Assembly (NCBI GenBank): GCA_965116875.1
Contig: OZ220733.1
Location: forward strand, 5,024,001 to 5,088,000
Direction: 5' to 3'
Source of the DNA: Candidatus Latescibacterota bacterium
GTDB taxonomy: Bacteria > Latescibacterota > UBA2968 > GCA-2709665
Length of the DNA stretch: 64,000 nucleotides
Shown: positions 36,739 through 47,560 of the stretch, in pieces
How positions within the stretch are numbered: the first letter of the stretch is position 1
How the letters are laid out: every line of letters starts with the position of its first letter
Position numbers and translations under genes: made by a program
The notes under the pieces: generated by a model
Told to the model about the DNA's origin: nothing
The model's database searches: none
The model's input: the letters and a program-made list of their open reading frames with translations, nothing else

Positions 36739-37905
36739 CTATGCGAGCTTCCCCGCGGCCGCCTTGATGGCATCCGCCTTGTCCGTTCGTTCCCATGTAA
36801 ATCCGTCCTCCGTCCGCCCGAAATGCCCGTAGGCGGCGGTGCGTTCGTACACCGGGCGAAGCAGATTCAGGGCCCGGATGATGCCGGACGGCCTCAGCTC
36901 GAAATGCGAGCGGACCAGGTCCGCGATATCCGCGTCGTCGAGTGTGCCCGTGCCGAAGGTATCCACAAAGATGGACACCGGCTCGGCCACGCCGATGGCA
37001 TAGGCCAACTGCACCTCGCACCGGCTCGCAAGCCCGGCTTTCACTACGTTCTTCGCTACGTACCGCGCGGCATAGTGCGCGCTCCGGTCGACCTTGCTGG
37101 GGTCCTTTCCGGAAAACGCCCCGCCCCCGTGCCGCCCCACACCGCCGTACGTATCCACGATGATCTTGCGTCCGGTCAATCCCGTGTCTCCGTGGGGTCC
37201 GCCGACCACGAACCGCCCGGTTGGATTGATGTGGCAGACCGTGTCCTCATCCAGATAACGCTCGGGGATAACCTTTTGTACAACATGCTGCTTCATATCG
37301 CGGCAGATGCGGTCATGTTCCACGTTGGGATCGTGCTGGGTGGAAATCACGACCGTATGCACGCGCACCGGCCTGTCGCCCTCGTATTCCACGGTCACCT
37401 GCGACTTGCTGTCGGGCCGCAGATAGGGAAGCGCGCCGCTGCGGCGCAGTTCAGCCAGAGCCATCACCAGCTTGTGTGACAGCATAATGGGCATGGGCAT
37501 CAACTCCGGGGTCTCTCGGCAGGCATAACCGAACATCATGCCCTGGTCTCCCGCGCCCTGCTCTTCATGCAGACCTTCACCCTCTGTCACGCCCTGGGAG
37601 ATGTCGGGTGATTGGGTGTCGAGTGCGAGCAGCACGCCGCAGGACCGGTAGTCGAATCCGTACGCCGAGTCCGTATACCCGATGCGCCGAATGACGCATC
37701 GCACGAGTTCCTGTATGTTCACGCTGGCCTGTGTGGTTACCTCGCCCGATACGATCACCTGGCCCGTGGTTACCATCGTCTCGCACGCGACGCGCGACCG
37801 CGGGTCTTTTTCAAGCATCGCATCCAGGACCGCATCGGAAATCTGATCGCAAATCTTGTCCGGGTGCCCTTCGGACACGGACTCCGAGGTGAACAGGCGC
37901 CGCAT
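36739..37905 (-). CDS. metK: S-adenosylmethionine synthetase
   Basis: [35 protein letters not shown]. Confidence 0.98.
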   Translation of the reverse strand: MRRLFTSESVSEGHPDKICDQISDAVLDAMLEKDPRSRVACETMVTTGQVIVSGEVTTQASVNIQELVRCVIRRIGYTDSAYGFDYRSCGVLLALDTQSPDISQGVTEGEGLHEEQGAGDQGMMFGYACRETPELMPMPIMLSHKLVMALAELRRSGALPYLRPDSKSQVTVEYEGDRPVRVHTVVISTQHDPNVEHDRICRDMKQHVVQKVIPERYLDEDTVCHINPTGRFVVGGPHGDTGLTGRKIIVDTYGGVGRHGGGAFSGKDPSKVDRSAHYAARYVAKNVVKAGLASRCEVQLAYAIGVAEPVSIFVDTFGTGTLDDADIADLVRSHFELRPSGIIRALNLLRPVYERTAAYGHFGRTEDGFTWERTDKADAIKAAAGKLA

Positions 37906-38020
37906 ATATGCTCCCTTTCCAGTCGTGCGGGTCAGGAAATGTTTCGTTCGGATATTCGGGCCGCGGGGACGACCTTTGAAAATCGGATTTCTCGCAATAC
38001 CGACCGGGTGAACGACCGGC

Positions 38021-39802
38021 TTAGGTTTCGATTCCGGCCGGCTCCTCTACCCATTCATCCGGCGCCTTGCGCGGAGCCTGCATCCGGGTCAGAGCACCGT
38101 GCAGGTATTCCCGGATGGCGCCGCGGGTGGGGAGGGCGAGCGCCTGTTCCGCCATCGCCTTCGCCTCTTCCATGGTGACCGATCGGATCGCCTGTTTGAT
38201 CTCCGGAACCATACGCGGACCCGCGCTGAATCCATCCACCCCCATGCCCATCAACAGGACGCAACTGTGCGGGTCTCCGGCCATTTCTCCGCAGACGGTG
38301 ACCGGAATGTCGTGCCGGTGCCCGGCGTCCACGACGGATTTGATCATTCGCAATACGGCGGGATGATACGGATCGTACAGATAGGCCACCCGTTCGTTGC
38401 CCCGGTCGACCGCGAGGGTATACTGGACTAGATCGTTGGTCCCGATACTGAAGAAACTCACCTCGCGCGCCAACTGGTCGGCCACGACGGCCGCGGACGG
38501 CACCTCGATGACCGCGCCCACCTCGCATTCTTCGTCGAACGGCACGCCGGACCGTTTCAATTCGGCGCGGGCCTCGGCCAGCACGGACCTGGCCTCGAGC
38601 AGTTCTTCCACGCCCGATATCATCGGGAACATCAGCTTCACGTTTCCGTGCGCGCTGGACCGGAGGATGGATCTCAACTGAACCCGGAAGAGGTCTCTGT
38701 TGGCCAGAGAGTGCCGGATGCCGCGCCAACCCAGAAAAGGATTGGTTTCTTCTGCGCCATTGGATGCCTGCGCGAGCTTGTCGCCGCCCAGGTCCAGCGT
38801 GCGTACCACAAGCGGATGAGGCGCCATCTGTTCCGCAAGCCGGGTGTACGCGGCCGCCTGTTCGTCTTCATCCGGCAGACTGGACCCCGCGAGATAGAGG
38901 TATTCCGTTCGGAACAGGCCGATGCCTTCCGCGCCGTAAGCAAGCGCGGAGCGCCCCTCTTCGGGCAGTTCTATATTTCCCTGCAGGCACACACGAACGC
39001 CGTCCAGGGTTTCGGCGGGCACATCGGTGAACCGGAGCAGACCCTTCTGCAATTCGGTGAACCGGCGGGCTTCGGCACGGTACCGGCTCAGTGTGTCCTG
39101 ATCGGGCCGGATACAGACCAGCCCCCGGTTCCCGTCCACAATGGCCGTATCGCCGGGTTCGGCCGACGCCAAGGCCGCTTCGACCCCCACGACCGCCGGA
39201 ATCTCGAGCCCCCGCGCGATAATCGACGCGTGCGACGTCGCGGCGCCCGCTTCGGTGACCATGCCCAGCACGCTGTCCCGCTTCAGGCGCGCCGCATTGG
39301 AGGGGGTCAACTCGTGCGCGATCACGATCGCGGGGGCGGTCATCCGTTCCAGCAGCGAGTCCTCCCGCCGGCACAATCTGGAGAGTACCCGCCTCTCCAC
39401 GTCGAGGATATCCGCGCGCCTTGCCCTGAAATAGTCGTCCTGGATGGCGTCGAACTGGCGTCGCACCTTCTGGAGGGTCAGCCAGAACGCGTACTCCACG
39501 TTCACCCGATCCTTCCGGATCGATGCGAGGGTGGGGTCACGCAGGGCCGCGTCGTCCAGAATCATCAGATGCGCGTCGAATATCTGGGCGTGGTCCGGGC
39601 CCAGCTTCTCCTCGACACGAACCCGCGTGGCCTTCAGGTCTTCCGCCACGGAAGCCACCGCATCCAGAAACCTCCGCACTTCGCCGTCGACTTCATCTTC
39701 CCGGATTCGCCGGTAGTCGACCCACGGCTCCTCCGGGTCGTGAAGATAAACCGGTCCGATGGCGATGCCGTTCGATGCCTGGATGCCCTTCAGTACCTTC
39801 AT
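38021..39802 (-). CDS. ptsI: PEP-protein phosphotransferase (PTS enzyme I)
   Basis: TSHASIIAR phospho-His, [32 protein letters not shown]. Confidence 0.96.
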   Translation of the reverse strand: MKVLKGIQASNGIAIGPVYLHDPEEPWVDYRRIREDEVDGEVRRFLDAVASVAEDLKATRVRVEEKLGPDHAQIFDAHLMILDDAALRDPTLASIRKDRVNVEYAFWLTLQKVRRQFDAIQDDYFRARRADILDVERRVLSRLCRREDSLLERMTAPAIVIAHELTPSNAARLKRDSVLGMVTEAGAATSHASIIARGLEIPAVVGVEAALASAEPGDTAIVDGNRGLVCIRPDQDTLSRYRAEARRFTELQKGLLRFTDVPAETLDGVRVCLQGNIELPEEGRSALAYGAEGIGLFRTEYLYLAGSSLPDEDEQAAAYTRLAEQMAPHPLVVRTLDLGGDKLAQASNGAEETNPFLGWRGIRHSLANRDLFRVQLRSILRSSAHGNVKLMFPMISGVEELLEARSVLAEARAELKRSGVPFDEECEVGAVIEVPSAAVVADQLAREVSFFSIGTNDLVQYTLAVDRGNERVAYLYDPYHPAVLRMIKSVVDAGHRHDIPVTVCGEMAGDPHSCVLLMGMGVDGFSAGPRMVPEIKQAIRSVTMEEAKAMAEQALALPTRGAIREYLHGALTRMQAPRKAPDEWVEEPAGIET

Positions 39803-39836
39803 CGGTTTGGGACCTTACACGCGACAGTGTGCCCGT

Positions 39837-40097
39837 TCAGTCGAATTCGCCTTCGATCATCCGCACAATTTCGTCCAGGGCTTCCTCTTCATCCGGACCC
39901 GCGGCCCGGACCCGGATATTCGCATCCGTCTCCGCCGCGAGCATCATAACGCCCATGATACTCTTCCCGTTGACCTCGAGCCCGTCCTTGATGAGGGTAA
40001 TCTCCGATACATACTTTGCGGCCGCCTGCACAAGAAGGGCCGACGGCCGCGCATGGATACCCAACCTGTTTTTCACCGTGGCTTCTCGTTCCGCCAT
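39837..40097 (-). CDS. ptsH: phosphocarrier protein HPr
   Basis: GIHARPS (His15) and NGKSIMGV (Ser46). Confidence 0.96.
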   Translation of the reverse strand: MAEREATVKNRLGIHARPSALLVQAAAKYVSEITLIKDGLEVNGKSIMGVMMLAAETDANIRVRAAGPDEEEALDEIVRMIEGEFD

Positions 40098-40294
40098 AAC
40101 CTGTTCGAGCCGTTATGATAATCCCTGTCGGAAGCTAACAATCTATCTAAATCCAGTCACCCTGTCAAGCGCTGCCGGGCCTTTCCACGCGCGTCCGGTC
40201 ACCCATTGCACGCCCCCGACACCCCGGATCGAAACAAAAACCGCCAGCGTCCTTCCCGGCGGTTACGTTGATCCGGTTATCCGGCCTGCAGCTC

Positions 40295-41041
40295 CTATCC
40301 GCGGTGGACGGCCCCGGCGAACTCTCGGACCAGCGCAGGGTCCCGTTTTGCTTCCAGTATACTGCCCACCACCACGAAATCGGCGCCTGCCGCCGCCTTC
40401 GCGCCGGCATCCCGCGGCTCCCGGATGCCTCCACCCGCGATCACCGGTATGGACACGTTACCCGCAACCGCGGCGATCATTTCGTCGGAAACCATCCGTT
40501 CGGCGCCGCTGCCCGCATCCAGATAGACACATTGCATGCCTAGGTACTGGGCGGCCAACGCGTGCGCGGTCGCAATATCCGGTTTGTCTCCGGGCATCGG
40601 TTTGGTATTGCTGATATACTCAGCCGTCGTCTGCCGACCGGAATCCACCAGCATATACCCGGTTGAAATCGCCTCCAGACCGTATGCCTTGACAATAGGC
40701 GCCGCTTTGACCTGCTGTCCGATCAGCAGGTCCGGGTTTCGCCCGCTCACCATGCATAGAAAGAGAATCGCATCTGCGGCCGACGAGACCTGGTTCATGT
40801 CGGGACCGGGAAAAATCAACAAGGGTAGCCCGACTGCGCGCTTGACCTCTCTCACCACCCTGTCGAAATCGGTATACAGCAGAAAACTGCCGCCCATCAA
40901 CAGGGCGTCAGCACCGTTTTCCGCACACATCTCCGCCGTGTGAACCAGGTCCTGCTTGTCCATCCGATCGGGATCCAGGAGGCACAGGAATCCCGTACCC
41001 TGTTTCATAAGAACCGACTTAAGGTGTTCGTATGTCGACAT
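40295..41041 (-). CDS. geranylgeranylglyceryl/heptaprenylglyceryl phosphate synthase (group II GGGPS-like)
   Basis: LLDPD, LMGGS, IFPG, SGRNPDLLIGQQ, YLDAGSGA, AGGGIR, GADFVVVGS. Confidence 0.9.
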   Translation of the reverse strand: MSTYEHLKSVLMKQGTGFLCLLDPDRMDKQDLVHTAEMCAENGADALLMGGSFLLYTDFDRVVREVKRAVGLPLLIFPGPDMNQVSSAADAILFLCMVSGRNPDLLIGQQVKAAPIVKAYGLEAISTGYMLVDSGRQTTAEYISNTKPMPGDKPDIATAHALAAQYLGMQCVYLDAGSGAERMVSDEMIAAVAGNVSIPVIAGGGIREPRDAGAKAAAGADFVVVGSILEAKRDPALVREFAGAVHRG

Positions 41042-41050
41042 GGGTGCGAT

Positions 41051-43672
41051 CTACCTTCCCAACTGTAACCGGACGATCTCAGGAACCCGGGCAAGCGCGT
41101 CGGACATCTTTTCAGGATGCCTGCCACCCGCCTGCGCAAGATGGGGTCGTCCACCACCGCCGCCGCCCACCAGCTCAGCCACCGCCTTGACGATATTGCC
41201 CGCCTGCACGCCCCGCTGGATGAGGTCGTCCGTCACCACCGCGATCAGTGAGGCTTTGCCATTCAGCGCCGCACCCAGAACGCCCACGCCCGATCCCAGG
41301 GTCTCTCGGAGCCGGTCGCCCATTTCCCGAAATGCCTCCATGTCCGCCGGCTGGACGGCGGTAGCCACCACACGGACCCCGTCCACCTCCACCGCGGCGC
41401 CCGCCAGGTCGCGCATCTGCTCCCCGGCCGATGCGCTGCGAATGGATTGTACCGTCCGCTCGAGTTCCTTGCCCCGGGAGATCAGCCGCTCGACGCGATC
41501 GGGCAGCGCGTCGGCCTCCTCGCTCAACATTTCCTCCAGCGCGGCGAGGGTGGACCTCTGTTTCCGGATGAGCGCCTCGACACCCGCACCGGTGACTGCT
41601 TCCACCCGTCGAACGCCGGCAGCCGTTCCCGTCTCGACCGTCAGCTGGAGCATGCCGATCTGACCCGTCGATCCCACGTGGGTACCGCCGCACAGCTCGA
41701 GGCTGAAGTCCCCAATCCGCACCGTCCGCACGATATCGCCGTATTTTTCGGAAAACAACATCCGGGCGCCGCTACGTCGCGCCTCTTCAAGACCCACCAT
41801 ACCGGTGTTTACCTTGAGATCCCGGCGGATCACCCGGTTTACGATACGGGCGATCTTGTCCTGCTGCGCGGGCGTAACGGCCTCGAAGTGGTTGAAGTCG
41901 AACCGCAGCCGGTCCGGCGCGACCAGCGACCCGGCCTGATTCACGTGGTTGCCGAGTACCTGGCGGAGGGCCTCGTGAAGCAGATGGGTGGCGGTGTGGT
42001 TTCGGGCGGTCTCCATCCGTCGCCCCGCGTCAACCCGCGCCTCAACGTGTGCGCCTTCCAGCGCGCCGGCGCAACCCCGCATCAGGCGCCCCCGGTGCAC
42101 AATGCCCTCACCCGACCGGAAAGTCTCCTCGACCAGAACCTCCAGATCTCCATTTTGAATCCGTCCCCGATCTCCCACCTGCCCTCCGGCTTCGGCGTAG
42201 AACGGCGTCTCCTTCAGGTAGACATCCACCCTGCCGTCCTCCACGGCCTTGTGCGCCGCAACGACGGTGTCGAGCGTCAGGCGATCGTATCCGACGAACA
42301 CGGAATGTTCCGACGGAAGGAAATCGTCGGACACCGCCTCCTGGGACGCGAAGACCCGCCGCCCCGCTTCCCGCGACCGCGCCTGCTGGGCGGCCATCTC
42401 CGCCTCAAACCCGTCCAGGTCCACCTCCAGCCCACGCTCCGTGCACATCAGTTGCGTGAGATCGATTGGGAAACCGTAGGTATCATACAGGCGAAACGCG
42501 TCCCGTCCGGAGACTTTTCCCCCGTTGGAAACCACCTCGAACATCTCCAGCCCCCGGTCGAGCGTTTTCCCGAACCCTTCTTCCTCCGACCGGATGACCC
42601 GGGAAATGTGGTCGGCCTGCTCCGTCACTTCGGGAAACACGTTCCCCATAACGCGCACGACAACGGGCACCAGCCCATGAATGAACGGATCGTGCATCTC
42701 CAGCGTGCGACCGTATCGCGCCGCCCGCCTCAGGATACGCCGCAGCACGTACCCCCGCCCCTCGTTGGATGGCAGCACTCCGTCCGCTACTGCAAAACAG
42801 AGCGTACGGATATGGTCGGCGATAACCCGCATCGCCACCCGGTTTTCGTCGTTATATGATCTCCCGGTAACGTCGCTGATTGCGGTGAGAATTGGCTGAA
42901 ACAGATCGGTATCGTAAGTGGATTCCACCCCCTGGAGCACGGTGCAGACGCGCTCGAACCCCAGGCCGGTATCCACGTGTCTGTCGGGCAGCGGATGCAG
43001 TACGCCTTCGGCATCCCGGTTGAACTGAATGAAGACCAGATTCCAGATTTCCGACGTATCCGGACCGTCGAGGTCCGGAACCTCGCGGAACCACGACGCC
43101 GGATCGTCACCGAGATAGTAGTGCACCTCCGAACACGGACCGCACGGACCGGTCTCGCCCATCTGCCAGAAGTTGTCCGTCTTGTCGAGCCGCAACACCC
43201 GTTCCGCGGGGAGGTCCGTCACCTCCGCCCAGAGCGCTTCCGCCTCCTCGTCCGCCGCCAGTCCGTCAGCGGCGTCCCCGCCGAATACCGTGGCGCAGAG
43301 CCGGTCCCTGGGCAACTGCCAGACCTCGGTCAACAGTTCCCAGGCCCATGCGATGGCCTCGCGCTTGAAATAATCTCCGAACGACCAGTTGCCCAGCATT
43401 TCGAAGAACGTATGGTGCTGCGCACTGAAGCCCACCTCTTCAAGATCGTTGTGATGCCCCGATACGCGGATGCATTTCTGGGTATCCACCGCCCGGCTGT
43501 AATCCCGGCGGCCGGTGCCCAGAAACACGTCCTTGAACTGATTCATCCCCGCATTTGTAAACAGCAGGGTGGCATCTTCCTGCGGCGCCACGGGCGCGCT
43601 CGGCACGATCGTATGGCCCCTGTCTTCGAAAAACCGAAGATACTCATCACGGATGTCGGCTGAAGATTTCAT
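41051..43672 (-). CDS. alaS: alanyl-tRNA synthetase
   Basis: LLFTNAGMNQFK, FFEMLGNWSFGDYFK, NHTATHLLH, ELCGGTHV, GGGGG DHHA1. Confidence 0.98.
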   Translation of the reverse strand: MKSSADIRDEYLRFFEDRGHTIVPSAPVAPQEDATLLFTNAGMNQFKDVFLGTGRRDYSRAVDTQKCIRVSGHHNDLEEVGFSAQHHTFFEMLGNWSFGDYFKREAIAWAWELLTEVWQLPRDRLCATVFGGDAADGLAADEEAEALWAEVTDLPAERVLRLDKTDNFWQMGETGPCGPCSEVHYYLGDDPASWFREVPDLDGPDTSEIWNLVFIQFNRDAEGVLHPLPDRHVDTGLGFERVCTVLQGVESTYDTDLFQPILTAISDVTGRSYNDENRVAMRVIADHIRTLCFAVADGVLPSNEGRGYVLRRILRRAARYGRTLEMHDPFIHGLVPVVVRVMGNVFPEVTEQADHISRVIRSEEEGFGKTLDRGLEMFEVVSNGGKVSGRDAFRLYDTYGFPIDLTQLMCTERGLEVDLDGFEAEMAAQQARSREAGRRVFASQEAVSDDFLPSEHSVFVGYDRLTLDTVVAAHKAVEDGRVDVYLKETPFYAEAGGQVGDRGRIQNGDLEVLVEETFRSGEGIVHRGRLMRGCAGALEGAHVEARVDAGRRMETARNHTATHLLHEALRQVLGNHVNQAGSLVAPDRLRFDFNHFEAVTPAQQDKIARIVNRVIRRDLKVNTGMVGLEEARRSGARMLFSEKYGDIVRTVRIGDFSLELCGGTHVGSTGQIGMLQLTVETGTAAGVRRVEAVTGAGVEALIRKQRSTLAALEEMLSEEADALPDRVERLISRGKELERTVQSIRSASAGEQMRDLAGAAVEVDGVRVVATAVQPADMEAFREMGDRLRETLGSGVGVLGAALNGKASLIAVVTDDLIQRGVQAGNIVKAVAELVGGGGGGRPHLAQAGGRHPEKMSDALARVPEIVRLQLGR

Positions 43673-43722
43673 GGATTGATACGCATTGACAAAGGTACAC
43701 GCCGGACCCGGCCGGTTCCGGC

Positions 43723-44253
43723 TCACGAACCCGGCGCGCCGTCGTGACCGCTTTCGCTGAATTCCACCCAGGCCCTCTCCGCGGCCGCTTGCGCCACGGC
43801 CCCGAATCCGCGGCGCCCCAGGAACCCGTACATGCGGGAAAGCGCTTTCCGCCGGTCCACGCCGTCGTAGTGCCTCCTGCGCGACCTCAGAAGATCCAGG
43901 GCGACAACTTCGGGATCGACGCCTTCGAACGTTTCGTCCAGCACGTCCTCGGCCGTGGCAGGGTCGATGCCTCGTTTTTTCAACTCGTGACGGAGCAGCC
44001 CCCGCCCCGCGGGCCGGATTCGCATACGCTCTTGTACGAAACGAAGGGCATAATCCCGATCGTCGACCAGCTTCAGCCGCCGCAGTTCGTCGAGGGTCTG
44101 CTCAACCACGGGATCCTGAAACCCGCGGCGGCGCAGCCTTTCTCTCATTTCCGCACACGAATACGCGCGCGCGCCCAGAAGTCGAAACGCCGCATTCTTC
44201 GCCTTTTCGGCGGTGTTCGGGCGATCCGTCGGCGAACTGGAACTCGGTTTCAT
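43723..44253 (-). CDS. recX: regulatory protein RecX
   Basis: RLLGARAYS..EMR.RL, VDDRDYA, ELKKRGI, FLGRRGF. Located directly downstream of recA. Confidence 0.92.
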   Translation of the reverse strand: MKPSSSSPTDRPNTAEKAKNAAFRLLGARAYSCAEMRERLRRRGFQDPVVEQTLDELRRLKLVDDRDYALRFVQERMRIRPAGRGLLRHELKKRGIDPATAEDVLDETFEGVDPEVVALDLLRSRRRHYDGVDRRKALSRMYGFLGRRGFGAVAQAAAERAWVEFSESGHDGAPGS

Positions 44254-44347
44254 CCGCGGCACCTCGATGGCTGGAAATGCCAACTCCCCGGCGTACAGGG
44301 GCTCGGGCCGCGCCAGACGCCCGGCCGCGTGCCCCGCCCGATGCGTC

Positions 44348-45388
44348 TCAGGCGTCGTCGCCCGACGCCGCCGTGCCGTTATCCGCCAGACCCACGGCCT
44401 CGCGCACCCGGGATTCGATTTCCGCGGCGAGCTCCGGTTGTTCCTTCAGGTGGTTCTTTACGTTCTCCCGCCCCTGCCCAAGGCGGTCGCTGCCATAGGA
44501 AAACCAGGTACCGCTCTTGCTGACAATACCGTGAAGTTCTGCGATATCCAGAAGGCTGCCCTCTCTCGAAATGCCTTCTCCGAACATCAGATCGAACTCC
44601 GCCTCCTTGAACGGCGCGGCCATCTTGTTCTTGACAACCCGGACACGGACCCGGTTGCCCGTGACTTCCTGCCCATCCTTGATAGCGCCAATGCGTCGGA
44701 TATCCATGCGTACGGACGCATAGAATTTAAGCGCGTTTCCGCCCGAGGTCGTTTCCGGATTGCCGAACATCACACCGATCTTCATCCTGATCTGGTTGGT
44801 GAACATTACGCATGTCTTGGATCTGCTGATCGATCCGGAAAGCTTGCGCAGGGCCTGAGACATCAGCCGCGCCTGCAGGCCCACGTGGGAATCGCCCATG
44901 TCTCCTTCGAGTTCCGCACGCGGCACGAGCGCCGCGACGGAGTCCACCACCACCGCGTCGAACCCGCCGCTGCGCACGAGCGTGTCGGTGATTTCCAGGG
45001 CCTCCTCCCCGGTATCGGGCTGCGAGATGAGGAGGTTTTCAAGATCGACACCGATCCGCTCGGCAAGTTCCACGTTGAGCGCATGCTCCGCATCGACAAA
45101 GGCACAGGTTCCGCCCTTCCGTTGCGCTTCCGCGATAACGTGCAGGGTCAGTGTGGTCTTGCCGGATCCTTCAGGACCGTAAATCTCGACGACCCGCCCC
45201 CGCGGGACCCCACCCGCGCCGAGGGCGACGTCCAGTGCGAGAGCGCCGGTTGGAATTACTTCGACGGCCACCTGCCCGCCCTCTTCGCCGCCCAGCCGCA
45301 TGATGGAACCCTGCCCGAACTGCTTCTCGATTTGCGAAATGGCCAGATCGATGGCCTTTTCCTTGCCGGCGCCCCTGGACTTCGCCAT
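44348..45388 (-). CDS. recA: recombinase RecA
   Basis: [44 protein letters not shown]. Confidence 0.99.
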   Translation of the reverse strand: MAKSRGAGKEKAIDLAISQIEKQFGQGSIMRLGGEEGGQVAVEVIPTGALALDVALGAGGVPRGRVVEIYGPEGSGKTTLTLHVIAEAQRKGGTCAFVDAEHALNVELAERIGVDLENLLISQPDTGEEALEITDTLVRSGGFDAVVVDSVAALVPRAELEGDMGDSHVGLQARLMSQALRKLSGSISRSKTCVMFTNQIRMKIGVMFGNPETTSGGNALKFYASVRMDIRRIGAIKDGQEVTGNRVRVRVVKNKMAAPFKEAEFDLMFGEGISREGSLLDIAELHGIVSKSGTWFSYGSDRLGQGRENVKNHLKEQPELAAEIESRVREAVGLADNGTAASGDDA

Positions 45389-45447
45389 TGCCTGCCCCTC
45401 CTGACTGAATTGACCTGTTGGATCATGGCGCAGCCCACGGCCCTTGG

Positions 45448-45634
45448 CAGCCCGTTGAAAAAGTCCATCCGGGCTACGGCCGGCCCTTGCGGTCGAAAAC
45501 CTGCGTTGCGCTCCCTCGCCGAATCGAAGGATGGGACTCGGTCGCGCGCCTTGTCTTCGGCCACAATGGCTCGGCCTCGCCTGCCTGCCAAGACTTCACT
45601 GAAGGGCAGGCGGAGCGACTTTATCAACGGACTG
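45448..45634. mobile_element. MITE family B (187 bp) in the recA leader
   Basis: TIRs CAGCCCGTTGAAAAAGTC / GACTTTATCAACGGACTG (16/18). Right flank CTAG. No ORF. Confidence 0.7.
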
Positions 45635-45678
45635 CTAGAGGAGCCCGATTCTCTGCGCCGCAACATGTGTGGTCACCA

Positions 45679-45707
45679 AATATAGTGAACATTTGTATAT
45701 GAATCAA
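45679..45707 (-). promoter_or_regulatory. putative recA sigma-70 promoter with an SOS-box-like spacer
   Basis: Minus strand TTGATT-catatacaaatgttcac-TATATT (17-bp spacer), containing ATAC-N4-GTTC. Confidence 0.6.
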
Positions 45708-45848
45708 GTCTGTAGTTTGCGGAAACTGCAGGAAGAAAAACCTGGGCGGGTATTGTGATCGAAAATATAATATATCCGCAGTCCAACGGGAAGTCAAGCC
45801 CTGCCCGTCCGGAAAAATCCATCCCGCGGCGCCTGCCTCCCGGGCCGG

Positions 45849-46418
45849 TCAACCCCGCCCCGGCGACCCGGAAAGCCGTGCGTGACCCAGCGCGGTATAG
45901 ACGGCGCCTCCGGGCCGTAACTCACTGCTGTACAATGACAAACAGTCCACCTTAAAGTGCGCGGACGGGACGGCCCCGGTCAATCCGGAAGGCAACTGCA
46001 CCGCCCTCCTTCTTGCGCGGGCGAGGGTCAGGTGCGGACGGAACCGCCGTTCCTCTCTTTCGAACCCGATCCTGAACATGGCGTCCTCCAGGTCCGCCTT
46101 CAGCCGGTCCAGAATTGCCGTCTCCCCGCCCACTTCCAGCCAGACCACCCGCGCCCGATGCGGATTCGGCGCGCCCACCCCCGACGTATGCAACGCCATC
46201 GGAGGCGTGTGACCGGCCACCTCGCGCATTGCCTTCAGAACGACCGGCACGCACGCAACTTCCACGTTACCCAGGAACTTGAGGGTGAGATGCACGCCTT
46301 CGGGACGCACCCATCTCAGCCGCGCGTCCACGTCCGCGAGGAATCGTCTTGCGGCCTGACAGACCGGGATCAGTGACGCGGGAAAATCGACGGCCACAAA
46401 TGCGCGAAGCGTCGCCAT
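45849..46418 (-). CDS. thpR: RNA 2',3'-cyclic phosphodiesterase (2H family)
   Basis: RAFVAV, HLTLKFLG and FRPHLTLAR motifs. Confidence 0.92.
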   Translation of the reverse strand: MATLRAFVAVDFPASLIPVCQAARRFLADVDARLRWVRPEGVHLTLKFLGNVEVACVPVVLKAMREVAGHTPPMALHTSGVGAPNPHRARVVWLEVGGETAILDRLKADLEDAMFRIGFEREERRFRPHLTLARARRRAVQLPSGLTGAVPSAHFKVDCLSLYSSELRPGGAVYTALGHARLSGSPGRG

Positions 46419-46424
46419 TACGTG

Positions 46425-46886
46425 TCAACCGCTCCACAGGGACAACCCGGCGCGTATCAGTAGATTTCCGTAAATCCCCGCGATCACATCGTCCATTACC
46501 ACGCCCCATCCACCAGGCAACTTTTCCGAAGCGCGCACCGGCGGCGGCTTCAGGATATCCAGCGCCCGGAAAATAAAAAATCCGGCAACCCCCACCGCAG
46601 GTGACAACGGCAGGAAGGCTACCGTGACATAAAACCCCACAAACTCGTCAATAACGACCGGCCCGGGATCCGGGCCCCAGACATGTTCACCCAGGGACGC
46701 GGTATAAACCGCCACCCCGAAAACCAGGACGAGAAACAGGACCCACGAAAGGGCTCCGAACCCCGGCGTAAGGGTACCGGCCACCAGGTACGGAACCATT
46801 GCCGCTGCCGTGCCCGCCGTGCCCGGCGCAACCGGTGCGTATCCGGAGAAAAAGCCGGTGGCAAGCAGCCGGGTCCACGGATTCAA
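46425..46886 (-). CDS. pgpA: phosphatidylglycerophosphatase A
   Basis: APGTAGT, DPGPVVIDE, FRALDILKP, GGWGVVMDDVIAG. Confidence 0.94.
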   Translation of the reverse strand: MNPWTRLLATGFFSGYAPVAPGTAGTAAAMVPYLVAGTLTPGFGALSWVLFLVLVFGVAVYTASLGEHVWGPDPGPVVIDEFVGFYVTVAFLPLSPAVGVAGFFIFRALDILKPPPVRASEKLPGGWGVVMDDVIAGIYGNLLIRAGLSLWSG

Positions 46887-46909
46887 GTCAGCGGCCTCCG
46901 ATCCCCCGC

Positions 46910-47560
46910 TCAGGCCGCGTCACGGCCATGCTCCACCAGGTAGAGGACACCCGACACGACCGCCAGCAGGGTAACCGCCGCTACCAGGACGTTCAACACC
47001 ATCTGCGAACCCGAATCCACCAGCACCAGGGGCTGAGAGGTCAGCTCCGCGGTGATTACGCGAACGTTGATGAACACAAGGATGCCGAACGCCAGCACCA
47101 GTTGCAGCATGGTCTTCCATTTCGCCAGTCGTGACGTGACTACCGGACGTCCCTTGCGGATCGCGTACACACGCAGGCTGGTAATCACGGCATCCCGGAT
47201 CAGCATGGCGCCCACGAGCCATGCTTCCACCATCCCCAGGAGTACGAAGGAGATGAGCGCGGAGGAAACCAGCAGCTTGTCGGCGAGCGGATCCATGAAC
47301 CGTCCGAGGCTGGTTACCGTTTTGTCGCGGCGCGCGAACCAGCCGTCGAAGAAATCGGTCAGCGAGGCCACGGTGAAAACAAGCAGCGCCAGAATCTTGT
47401 TGAATCCGCTGTCCGAAAAAATCAGCGCCAGAAAGACGGGGGTGAGGACAATCCTCAGGCCCGTCAGAAAATTGGGAAACGTGACCATGCGGTCGGCCGG
47501 CTGCGGCTTGGGCAGCCGGATCCCCTGTGAACTGCCGCGGAGTGTGTCGGTACGGTTCAT
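46910..47560 (-). CDS. pgsA: CDP-diacylglycerol-glycerol-3-phosphate 3-phosphatidyltransferase
   Basis: PNFLTGLRI and TDFFDGWFARR..TSLGRFMDPLADK. Start may be ~47488. Confidence 0.9.
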   Translation of the reverse strand: MNRTDTLRGSSQGIRLPKPQPADRMVTFPNFLTGLRIVLTPVFLALIFSDSGFNKILALLVFTVASLTDFFDGWFARRDKTVTSLGRFMDPLADKLLVSSALISFVLLGMVEAWLVGAMLIRDAVITSLRVYAIRKGRPVVTSRLAKWKTMLQLVLAFGILVFINVRVITAELTSQPLVLVDSGSQMVLNVLVAAVTLLAVVSGVLYLVEHGRDAA

